This document shows positions 37,611-46,479 of a stretch of 63,936 nucleotides of DNA, piece after piece. Source of the stretch: a virus. Its lineage: Duplodnaviria; Caudoviricetes. The translations under genes were made by a program, and so were the position numbers. Location of the stretch: IMG/VR virus record IMGVR_UViG_3300042541_000539, positions 1 through 63,936 of that record. The stretch is one strand, 5' to 3'. Within the stretch, counting starts at the first letter, position 1; each line of letters opens with the position of its first letter. Under the pieces are notes generated by a model. That model was not told the origin of the DNA, made no database searches, and was given only the letters and a program-made list of their open reading frames with translations.

Positions 37611-40600
37611 ATGCTAGAATACGAATTAAACGGTAAAATATATACAGAACAGGACTTAATTAATGCAGCCGGAGGTAAAGACAAACTTCCGGCTTACATT
37701 AAAAGCAAAGGATATAAAGTAGCTAATAAGAAAACTACTGATTTTTCAGAGATTAATAAGGCTAAAAATAAAAAAATTGCTATAATACCTGGTGTTAATG
37801 ATTTTGGAGCAGAAATCGATAACAAATTAAAGCCTTTTAATTTTAAGGAGGTAAGCCAAGGCAAAGAATATAAAGCAATTGATGTTGCAAAAGATAAAGT
37901 AAAAAAAGAAAAGCAACAACCTGTTACTAGATTGCGAAATGAAGTATTAGATCTTGATGGCAAAAAAGCAAAAGAAGAAGATTCAGGATTTGTAAATTAT
38001 CTTAAGGAAAGTTTTGATTCTACTGTCTCTACAATTACGCAATCTTTTTATAAAGCACCTGAATTTGCTTACGATATAGCTGCTTCCATTACAAATCCTA
38101 TTGCTAAAGCAATTGGCAAAGCAACAGGCACAGAAGTCAAAGAGGCTTCCTCCGAACGCATAATGGAAACTTTTGGCATTAAAAATATCCCTGCCGAAAT
38201 TTTACAAAAAAGAATAAATGAATCAAATAAAGTAATAAAAGAATATAGTGATAAAAACGGAGCAGATCCGTTAACAGCAATAGAAAACGGTAATTACTTA
38301 GGGGCTGCAAAATTAGTTGCTGGTGGAACAGTGCAATCAGCGCCGTGGATGGCGGCAGCTATATTAAGTGGAGGTAGTTCTACAGCCATGACTGCTATTG
38401 CGGCTTCAACAGCGGTATCAAAGGCTGAACAATTAAAAATAGAAAATCCAGAAATGGATGTGCAAGATAGAACAACAAATGCTATTGTGTCTGGAGCTTT
38501 GGAAGGATACCTAGGCCAATTATTTACTGGAGCGTCGGGAGCAGTTGTAAAAAGAATAATTGCGGATAAAGGAGCAAAAGCTGGATCTAAAATTATTTCT
38601 AATGGATTAATGGGGACCCTTGAAAAAGCAATTGAAAAAAGCCCTATGATTGGTGTTATAGGCGAAATGGCTGAAGAAGGAGGGGTTGAATTAGGTAATC
38701 AGCTAAACGACATGAATTCTGGTCTTAGAAAGGAATTAGATTACAGACAAATAACAAATGCAGGTATTATAGCTACAGGAATGGCCGGGACAAATACAGT
38801 CCCTGTATACGCTGCTAAAGGCTATATGAAAGCCGTAGAATATAATGAAGTAAAAAAAGTAAACAAAGAAATAAATTCACTTACAATCCAATTGTCTAAT
38901 CCTTATATAAAGGATTCAGATAAAAAAATAATTTCCGCACGAGTTAATAGACTTGTTACGGAAAATAAAGCAATTGTCGGTAGTAGTTTAGAAAAAATTA
39001 GCGCTTTACCAGAAAGTGTAAAAACAGAACTTAATGTTTTAAATTCTGGATTAGATGATTTAAAAAGTAAATATTTAGAATTAAGTGACGACACTGATTT
39101 ACCTATTGATATTAAAAAAGCCATGGGGAGCGAATTAATTTTGCAGGCTAAAGAAATACAAGATAGAAAAACAAGTATCATTGAAGGCAATTACATATAC
39201 GAAGATTTTAAAAAATTACCAGAAGCCGAACAGGACAGGATTAAATTATTAGCTAATGAAACATTAGTAGCAAATTCTGAATTAACAGATGATCCTAAAA
39301 CAAAGTTTAATGAGGATGAGATAAAAAGAGAGGCTGTTAATATCTACAATACTGAATTAAGAACTAAAGACCTTAATGCAGATATAGAACGCACTAAACA
39401 GGCTGTACAGGCTATAGGTTTAGGCGAAGATATTGATATGCCTGAATTAAATACCGCAAATGACGTTATTGATTATTTATCTAGCAATACAAAATTAGAT
39501 GAAAACACTATAGAGGATATAGCTGATTCTTATGGGGCTTTTATACCGTTAGATAATGGCAAAGAAGCATTGATAATAAATAAAGAAGCAGCTGGTATGG
39601 ACCAAGTTGTTACAACAGGACAGCATGAATTCTTACATAAACTTATATACAAAGCGGTTAAAGACAATGTATCATTGCAGAAGCAAATGGGGTCTCAATT
39701 ATATAACCATATTGAAAGTTATATTGGGACGGAAGCTTTTAATAATACGGAATTTAAAAATAGATACGATACCTATAAAAAAGATTTTGAAAATACAAAA
39801 GCAGAATTAGACAATAAAGTATTAAAAGCAAAAGACTTTTTTGAAAAAGGCAATATATCACAGGAAAGATATGCTCAAGCTATCGCAGAAGCCGATGAGG
39901 CTACGTCAAAAGCGGAAGGCAAATATTTAGAAGAAACATTACCATTATTATCTGAGTCTTTATCTAAGGGAGATATAAAATACGAAGAAACATTTTTTAC
40001 AAAGATAGGGGATATACTGCGTAAAGCCTTTCAAAAATACGGATTAAGTAAAGTAAAATTTGATACAGGTAAAGACGTGTTTAATTTTGTTAGAGACTAT
40101 AATAAGAGCTTTGAGAAAGGACAATTTACAAAAGCATTTAAAGCATTAGCAAAAGAAGGAACGTATAAAGGGTCTATTGCTAAAGGCAACGCTCCGGTTA
40201 GAACTACTACTAAAACTACTGTAAAGAAAAGTCAGCCATTGTCACAAGTTGAAACTTTAAAGAAACAACTTAAAGATATTCAAGATAATGAATTTGATTA
40301 TGATCCTGATGATTTTGATCAGCAAATTGACAATTTAAAAAACAAAATTAAAAAAGCAATTGAAAAAGAAAAAACAGCGCCTGTAGTTGAAATTAAAAAG
40401 GAAGTTTCAGAAGAAGACGCAGACAAAGAAATAATAAAAAATGAAAGATCATCATTATCTTCTGACAAAGTACAAAAAATATATGATGATAAAGGTGTAA
40501 ATGGTGCTCAGGATATTATAGATTTATTTAAACCTATCACAAAAAAATTAGTAAATAGGAGAATGGATGCTCCTGGTTTTGATAGAGAATTATTAACCGA

Positions 40601-43600
40601 TGAGATTGAAACAGGCTCCGGCGGTATTTTAGATTTAATAACTAAATATAAACCCGATAGTGGAATACCTTTAGCTGCATTTATTAATAAATATTTGCCT
40701 GTTAGAGCCATAGCGGCTTCAAGGAGAGTATTGGATAAAGCTTTTAGTAAAGATGTAACAGAAGAGAAAGGTCTAATGGCTGAAGAAACTGTCTCAGAAG
40801 TAAAAGAAAAACCAAAATATAAAAACGCATTAGAAGCAAATGTTTTTGAGCCAGGAGCGCTAGAAGCGGCCCAAAACAAGATCTTAACTGTTGTAAGAAC
40901 ATTGAAATCTAAAATAGACGAGCCTATAAGTTTAAATCGTACTGTTACACCTATAATAGCTGAGATTAGAGACGAGATTGGTAGGCAATTAGATATTGAT
41001 CTTAAAACCATTATGGGAGGCAAGAAAGATGATCAATTAAAAAAATGGTTGGTAAAGAATAAGCGTTATGTATTGGAAAACATGACTACAACTTGGCTGA
41101 TGGGGAAAGATGGCCAAGGCGGTATTCCACAGGCTGTTCAAAAACAAGTTGATGGGAGATGGATTAACTACCCTGACTGGGTAGGTAAAAAAATAGATAG
41201 AGAAACTACATCAACAGATTTAGCGGGAAGAACATCAGGAGCTGAACTTGTTAGGAGGTTGCCTGGCGTAGCTAACAATGTTTCTGAAGCTGATTATCTT
41301 TCTCAAATATTAGAGCCAAGTGGTAACCCTATTAGGGGCAGAAAAGAATCTTTAGCAAAAGCAATTGCGGAAGAATCCGCGTTTGATATTATTAATAAAG
41401 ATTTTGAGGATAAAGGACCAATATTTGAAGCATTTAAAACAAATCAGGAAAGATTAGGGGCTTATTTAAACGATAGTGTTGTTAACGAATTTGCAAAGCA
41501 AGCAGAAAGAGGTAATATTAAATTTTCAGCAAAATTAATTAAAGGATTTGAGATTTCTCAAGATAAACTAGGTAAAGACATATTCAATGCTGAAACTATA
41601 GAAGATGAGATTGGAGCTATTAATAATTGGATTGCAAGTGACGGTAGATCATTAAGAACTTTAGCTTGGACAATAGGTAAAGGATTAAAAAAATTCACTA
41701 CAAACAAAGGATTGTTTGAGAACATAATATTACCAATAATTAAAACTTATTCCAAATTTGAAGGTATAGTAGGGGAAGATTCTTATAGATTAGAAGACAC
41801 TAAAAAAGGCCAATCCATATATTTTGGTGAAGAAAAAGTTCCTTTATGGGCAGACACAACACTTATTAAAGCAGATTGGTCAAATTTTACAAATAAAATT
41901 GATACAGAATCAATTAAAGCAACGAATGATTTAATTGATGTTGTTAAATATTTTAAAGACAATAAACAAACTAAAGAAGATTTTGAGTCTTATCTAGCGT
42001 TCTTAAGATGGGATCAAAGAGGTTTGATTAGAAAAGTATCAAAGTCGGGGGTTGGCGTATTAGAGTTGAATAAAAAGCAAGAGGCAAGGCTCGAGCACAA
42101 TCCTCCGGTTCAAAGCATTGTTGAAAAAGTTACAGATTTATTTGACGGTAAAATTACAGAAAATGAATTTAGAGAATTTGTAGACAAAGCCAGAGTGAAT
42201 CTTGTGCCTAAAGCCGTAGAAGATATGTTACCCGAATATGAAGAAGGCAAAAACAGAATGCATGATTCAAAAGCGGTTTTATATTTACAAGACTTAATAG
42301 ATAAAGGATATAAAGTTACAGGTTTAGAAAAAGAATATGGCTCGAAAGCTAAATTTAATTCATTAGTAAAATTAGCAAAATCAGGAGTAACATCTAAAGA
42401 AAATATTCAGAACGGCAAGAATATAAACGCTGTTAATTCTTCTTTAACCGTTAAGTATTCTAAAACACCAAAAGGTATATCTGTTTTTGATTTTGATGAT
42501 ACGGTTGGGTTGACTAAAAGTAACGTGCTATACACAATGCCTGATGGAACCAACGGTAAATTAAATGCTGAAGAATTTGCTAAAGAAGGTGGTAAACTAA
42601 GCGCCGAAGGAGCTGTGTTTGATTTCTCTGAATTTAGCAAAGTAGTTAATGGCAAACCTGGGCCAATGGTTGAGAAAATGAAAAAGATGATTGGCAAGTT
42701 TGGTCCTGAAAATTTCTTTATATTAACAGCTCGCCCGGCAAACTCTGCAGGTCCAATCCATGAGTTCTTATCCTCAATAGGTATTGATATACCATTAGAG
42801 AACATAACAGGATTAGGTAATAGTGCAGCTCAAGCTAAAGCAGACTGGATAGTTGATAAAGCAGCCAATGGGTATAATGATTTTTACTTTGCTGATGACG
42901 CCCCGCAGAATGTTAAAGCGGTACAAGATGCATTAGACGTATTAGACGTTAAATCAAAAATACAGCAAGCTAGAATCAAGTTTAGTAAAACTATGTCTGA
43001 CGACTTCAATAAAATCATTGAAGAGAATACTGGCATGGAAGATTACAAAGTGTTTTCTGATATAACTGCTAAAAGAAGAGGAGCTAACAAAAACAAATTT
43101 GATTTTTATGTGCCGCCATCTGCTGCAGACTTTGAATTATTGCTTTACAAATTTATGGGTAAAGGCCCGAAAGGCGAGGAACAAAAACAATTCTTTGAGG
43201 AAGCATTGATAATACCTTATATAAACGGTGTTGATTTAATGGATGCTGCAAGACAGTCTATAAAAAGAAACTACAAAGAATTATTAAAAGCATTCCCCGA
43301 CGTTAAGAAAGAACTTGAAAAGCTAACGCCAAACAAAGACTTTACATATGATCAGGCTATGCGTGTTGCAATATGGAATCAGTTTGACACAGAAATACCT
43401 GGTTTATCTCAAAGAGATATAACGTATTTATCTGATCTAGTCAACAATGATCCGGAACTTGCTGCTTTTAAAGACGGATTAATAGTAATGGGTAGACAAG
43501 AAAAAGGTTGGTTACCACCAGATGATTTCTGGGATGCTACAACTATTATTTCAGACCTATATAATATCACAGAAGGCTCTGGTAGAAAAAAATTCTTAGG

Positions 43601-45227
43601 GGAGTTTATTGAAAATACCGAAAACATATTTGGTAAATTTGATAACGGCAGATTAGTTGGACCTAATATGAATAAAGTTGAAGCTGTTTACGGAACAAAC
43701 GTTAGAGAAGCATTGGAAGATTCTATATATAGAATGATCAATGGTAAAAACAGAAGCTACGGAGGTGATAAAGAAACAGCTGCGTGGAGTAGTTGGGTAA
43801 ATGGATCTACAGGAGCAATCATGTTCTTGAACACTCGTTCTGCTGCATTACAAATGTTAGGAGCTGTTAACTTCCTGAACTGGAGAGATAATAATCCATT
43901 CAATGCTGGTAAAGCGTTTTTGAACCAACCACAATACTGGAAAGATTTTGCTCGTATATGGAATTCTGACAAACTAAAAGAAAGACGTGGTGGATTAAGG
44001 GAGGATGTTGCTTCTGCCGAGATTGCAAATGCAGCGGCTAGTAGTAAAAACAAAGCTGTTGCAGTGACCTCGTATTTATTAAAAATAGGTTATACACCAA
44101 CACAACTTGCGGATAGTTTTGCTATTGCAATGGGGGGAGCGCCGTTCTATAGAAATAGAATTAATACTTATTTGAAAGAAGGACTTACAGAAGACGAGGC
44201 GGAATCAAAAGCGTGGGAAGAATTCTCAAAGGTGTCAGATGAAACACAACAATCAGGTGATCCAAAGGATATATCAAAACAACAATCGAGCGGCGCTGGT
44301 AGACTTTTATTAGTATTCCAAAACTTTACAATGCAGCAATCCCGAATCGTTAAAAAAGCCGCCTTGGATCTTAAGAATAGAAGAGGCGATGATAAAACTA
44401 ATATATCTAAAATAGTTTATTATCTAGCAGTGCAAAACATAATGTTCTCCACGTTACAACAAGGTTTGTTTGCTGTTTTATTTGATGATGACGAAGAAGA
44501 AGAGAAAAAAGATAAAAAGAAAAAAACAAGACAAGAAGCCGCTATTGATGTTGGAAATGGAGTATTCGACAGTATACTTAGAGGCACTGGATTTGTTGGT
44601 GGTGTAATAGCTACATTAAAGAATACAGTTATTAAATACCTAGAAGAAAAAGAAAAGAAACAAAAAGCTGAATATGCTAAGGTTGTTCTTGAGGCAGCAA
44701 ATATGTCTCCTCCAATTGGATCTAAATTAAGAAAAATATATAGTTCATTACAACAAACTAAATATGATAAAGACTTAATAGAAGCAAGAGGTTGGGGAGT
44801 AATGCAAGACGGCAGAGTTCACTTAGGCCCTATGTATTCTGTATCCGGAAAACTTGTTGAGGTTGGTGCTAATTTTCCTATGGATAGATTAGTAAATAAG
44901 GTAGAGAATCTTTCGCAAGCATTTAATGCAGAAAATACTGCAGTACAAAGATTAGCTACAGGACTTGGTTATTCGCCTTGGACAGTTGGAATTGAAGGCC
45001 CTAAAGGAGACTTGCTTATAAAAGCCGGCGCTAAAGAAAAGCGTAAAGAAGAAGGGGTGCTTAAAGCAATAAAAACTAGAAAAGAGAATAAAGAAAAACT
45101 GGAAGATAGTATCAAAGGCTTGTCAACCTATGAGCGAAGAGAATACAAAAGAAAAAAGCTTATAGAGAAAAGAGAGAAAAGAAAGAAAAGAATATTAATG
45201 GAAAGACAATTAAACGAGAACAGATAG
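37611..45227 (+). CDS. giant polyvalent virion protein (HExxH peptidase, sigma-region-2-like, HAD phosphatase domains)
   Basis: 2538 aa; QHEFLH, GILDLITKYKPDSGIPLAAFI, VFDFDDT...ILTAR...FADD. Confidence 0.75.
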   Translation: MLEYELNGKIYTEQDLINAAGGKDKLPAYIKSKGYKVANKKTTDFSEINKAKNKKIAIIPGVNDFGAEIDNKLKPFNFKEVSQGKEYKAIDVAKDKVKKEKQQPVTRLRNEVLDLDGKKAKEEDSGFVNYLKESFDSTVSTITQSFYKAPEFAYDIAASITNPIAKAIGKATGTEVKEASSERIMETFGIKNIPAEILQKRINESNKVIKEYSDKNGADPLTAIENGNYLGAAKLVAGGTVQSAPWMAAAILSGGSSTAMTAIAASTAVSKAEQLKIENPEMDVQDRTTNAIVSGALEGYLGQLFTGASGAVVKRIIADKGAKAGSKIISNGLMGTLEKAIEKSPMIGVIGEMAEEGGVELGNQLNDMNSGLRKELDYRQITNAGIIATGMAGTNTVPVYAAKGYMKAVEYNEVKKVNKEINSLTIQLSNPYIKDSDKKIISARVNRLVTENKAIVGSSLEKISALPESVKTELNVLNSGLDDLKSKYLELSDDTDLPIDIKKAMGSELILQAKEIQDRKTSIIEGNYIYEDFKKLPEAEQDRIKLLANETLVANSELTDDPKTKFNEDEIKREAVNIYNTELRTKDLNADIERTKQAVQAIGLGEDIDMPELNTANDVIDYLSSNTKLDENTIEDIADSYGAFIPLDNGKEALIINKEAAGMDQVVTTGQHEFLHKLIYKAVKDNVSLQKQMGSQLYNHIESYIGTEAFNNTEFKNRYDTYKKDFENTKAELDNKVLKAKDFFEKGNISQERYAQAIAEADEATSKAEGKYLEETLPLLSESLSKGDIKYEETFFTKIGDILRKAFQKYGLSKVKFDTGKDVFNFVRDYNKSFEKGQFTKAFKALAKEGTYKGSIAKGNAPVRTTTKTTVKKSQPLSQVETLKKQLKDIQDNEFDYDPDDFDQQIDNLKNKIKKAIEKEKTAPVVEIKKEVSEEDADKEIIKNERSSLSSDKVQKIYDDKGVNGAQDIIDLFKPITKKLVNRRMDAPGFDRELLTDEIETGSGGILDLITKYKPDSGIPLAAFINKYLPVRAIAASRRVLDKAFSKDVTEEKGLMAEETVSEVKEKPKYKNALEANVFEPGALEAAQNKILTVVRTLKSKIDEPISLNRTVTPIIAEIRDEIGRQLDIDLKTIMGGKKDDQLKKWLVKNKRYVLENMTTTWLMGKDGQGGIPQAVQKQVDGRWINYPDWVGKKIDRETTSTDLAGRTSGAELVRRLPGVANNVSEADYLSQILEPSGNPIRGRKESLAKAIAEESAFDIINKDFEDKGPIFEAFKTNQERLGAYLNDSVVNEFAKQAERGNIKFSAKLIKGFEISQDKLGKDIFNAETIEDEIGAINNWIASDGRSLRTLAWTIGKGLKKFTTNKGLFENIILPIIKTYSKFEGIVGEDSYRLEDTKKGQSIYFGEEKVPLWADTTLIKADWSNFTNKIDTESIKATNDLIDVVKYFKDNKQTKEDFESYLAFLRWDQRGLIRKVSKSGVGVLELNKKQEARLEHNPPVQSIVEKVTDLFDGKITENEFREFVDKARVNLVPKAVEDMLPEYEEGKNRMHDSKAVLYLQDLIDKGYKVTGLEKEYGSKAKFNSLVKLAKSGVTSKENIQNGKNINAVNSSLTVKYSKTPKGISVFDFDDTVGLTKSNVLYTMPDGTNGKLNAEEFAKEGGKLSAEGAVFDFSEFSKVVNGKPGPMVEKMKKMIGKFGPENFFILTARPANSAGPIHEFLSSIGIDIPLENITGLGNSAAQAKADWIVDKAANGYNDFYFADDAPQNVKAVQDALDVLDVKSKIQQARIKFSKTMSDDFNKIIEENTGMEDYKVFSDITAKRRGANKNKFDFYVPPSAADFELLLYKFMGKGPKGEEQKQFFEEALIIPYINGVDLMDAARQSIKRNYKELLKAFPDVKKELEKLTPNKDFTYDQAMRVAIWNQFDTEIPGLSQRDITYLSDLVNNDPELAAFKDGLIVMGRQEKGWLPPDDFWDATTIISDLYNITEGSGRKKFLGEFIENTENIFGKFDNGRLVGPNMNKVEAVYGTNVREALEDSIYRMINGKNRSYGGDKETAAWSSWVNGSTGAIMFLNTRSAALQMLGAVNFLNWRDNNPFNAGKAFLNQPQYWKDFARIWNSDKLKERRGGLREDVASAEIANAAASSKNKAVAVTSYLLKIGYTPTQLADSFAIAMGGAPFYRNRINTYLKEGLTEDEAESKAWEEFSKVSDETQQSGDPKDISKQQSSGAGRLLLVFQNFTMQQSRIVKKAALDLKNRRGDDKTNISKIVYYLAVQNIMFSTLQQGLFAVLFDDDEEEEKKDKKKKTRQEAAIDVGNGVFDSILRGTGFVGGVIATLKNTVIKYLEEKEKKQKAEYAKVVLEAANMSPPIGSKLRKIYSSLQQTKYDKDLIEARGWGVMQDGRVHLGPMYSVSGKLVEVGANFPMDRLVNKVENLSQAFNAENTAVQRLATGLGYSPWTVGIEGPKGDLLIKAGAKEKRKEEGVLKAIKTRKENKEKLEDSIKGLSTYERREYKRKKLIEKREKRKKRILMERQLNENR

Positions 45228-45261
45228 TAATAGGCAACATACCTATAGTTCCGTAAAAAGG

Positions 45262-45293
45262 AAGGGGACCACATTAGTGAATCCCCTTTTTTT
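45262..45293. terminator. probable bidirectional terminator at the arm convergence
   Basis: aagggga...tcccctt followed by a T run, between convergent genes. Confidence 0.75.
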
Positions 45294-45325
45294 ATTATAG
45301 TAAATTAAACTCTAAATAATCACCA

Positions 45326-45532
45326 CTAAGGTTCAGGAACCGAGGTTTCTTCTTTTTCAACTTGCTTTGTCATAGCTTTAATCGCGTCTTCGTAACCAGG
45401 CATTAACTTGATTACTTCTAATGTGCCTGCAGCGAGTGTGGTTAAATGTTGTTGTTCACTCATTACTTGTTGTAAAAGCCTAATTAAGGCGTCTACTTTG
45501 TTTTTCATTTCAACTAAGGTTTGTTCTTTCAT
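45326..45532 (-). CDS. hypothetical protein
   Basis: 68-aa helical ORF. Confidence 0.7.
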   Translation of the reverse strand: MKEQTLVEMKNKVDALIRLLQQVMSEQQHLTTLAAGTLEVIKLMPGYEDAIKAMTKQVEKEETSVPEP

Positions 45533-46092
45533 TTTTTTATTTTATAAAACATTACAAATACTATTCTACTGTCTGTGAATTCGTTAGGATACTTACTATG
45601 GAAGTAATTACATGGGTAAGATATTAATCTATTCTTTTTATGGCCTATAATAGATTTTAAGTCCCATAGATCAAGATCATTAGCATCCTCGTTTAATAAT
45701 CTATTTTGTTCTTCAACACTAATATTCTCTAATTTATGCCCGTGCTTTTTATGTTCCCAGAAAGCAGTTCCGTTTAAACCGTCTTGCTTACACTCCGAAA
45801 CAAATAATACGCACGCTCTATCTGGTTGTTGTCCTTCTATTATTGAATCATTATGTATTCTCCAATCTTGATCTTGGCCTTGTTTAGCTTCACGCATAAA
45901 ACCTAATATAGGTTCTATTCTATTGCCTTCCAGATCTTCAATCTCAAACTTTATAATATGCATGATTGGCGAAGGAAGTCTTTTAACCCAGAAGGATTTT
46001 CCAGGAGTTTTTACTTCCTGGAATTCTTCCTTATTGGTATTTAATAATTCAATTAAATTTGTGTCTAAAAAATCGTCTTTTATATATATCAT
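45529..46092 (-). CDS. 2OG-Fe(II) oxygenase-fold protein
   Basis: HxD (IHND), GTAFW, NRLISY..YFHS and distal R. Confidence 0.8.
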   Translation of the reverse strand: MIYIKDDFLDTNLIELLNTNKEEFQEVKTPGKSFWVKRLPSPIMHIIKFEIEDLEGNRIEPILGFMREAKQGQDQDWRIHNDSIIEGQQPDRACVLFVSECKQDGLNGTAFWEHKKHGHKLENISVEEQNRLLNEDANDLDLWDLKSIIGHKKNRLISYPCNYFHSKYPNEFTDSRIVFVMFYKIKK

Positions 46093-46117
46093 ACGAATAC
46101 GCTCATGCTTTTCTTAG

Positions 46118-46474
46118 TTATAACGAGCATTGCTTTTTTTTTAATTTAAACTTTATCATTTTTTTATTATTTGTATAAAAATACAATTCATCTGCTATTG
46201 TTAAGAATAAAGTATAATAATGTATATTATCCGAGCAGGTATATATGTGGCCAGTAAGCATCTTCTTTTTATCGAGGATCATGTTCTTAGCGCGTACCTT
46301 TAATTTCTGTTCAAATAAATATACACTATCATTCTTTATTTCAAAACAACCATCTTTACTTACAATATTAAATTTGCCAAAGTAATCTCTTAAATAAATT
46401 TCATTATAATAATATTCTTGTGAGATTAATTTAGTAGCAAATAATAAAAATAATATTAAAAATTTTTGTTTCAT
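46118..46474 (-). CDS. exported protein with signal peptide
   Basis: MKQKFLILFLLFATKLIS|QE; very AT-rich. Confidence 0.6.
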   Translation of the reverse strand: MKQKFLILFLLFATKLISQEYYYNEIYLRDYFGKFNIVSKDGCFEIKNDSVYLFEQKLKVRAKNMILDKKKMLTGHIYTCSDNIHYYTLFLTIADELYFYTNNKKMIKFKLKKKQCSL

Positions 46475-46479
46475 ATTGA

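Noticed and set aside
40290-40320. FDYDPDDFD as an RNA polymerase catalytic motif
   Set aside because: Does not match DxDGD/DFDID in a double-psi barrel context; lies in a helical charged linker
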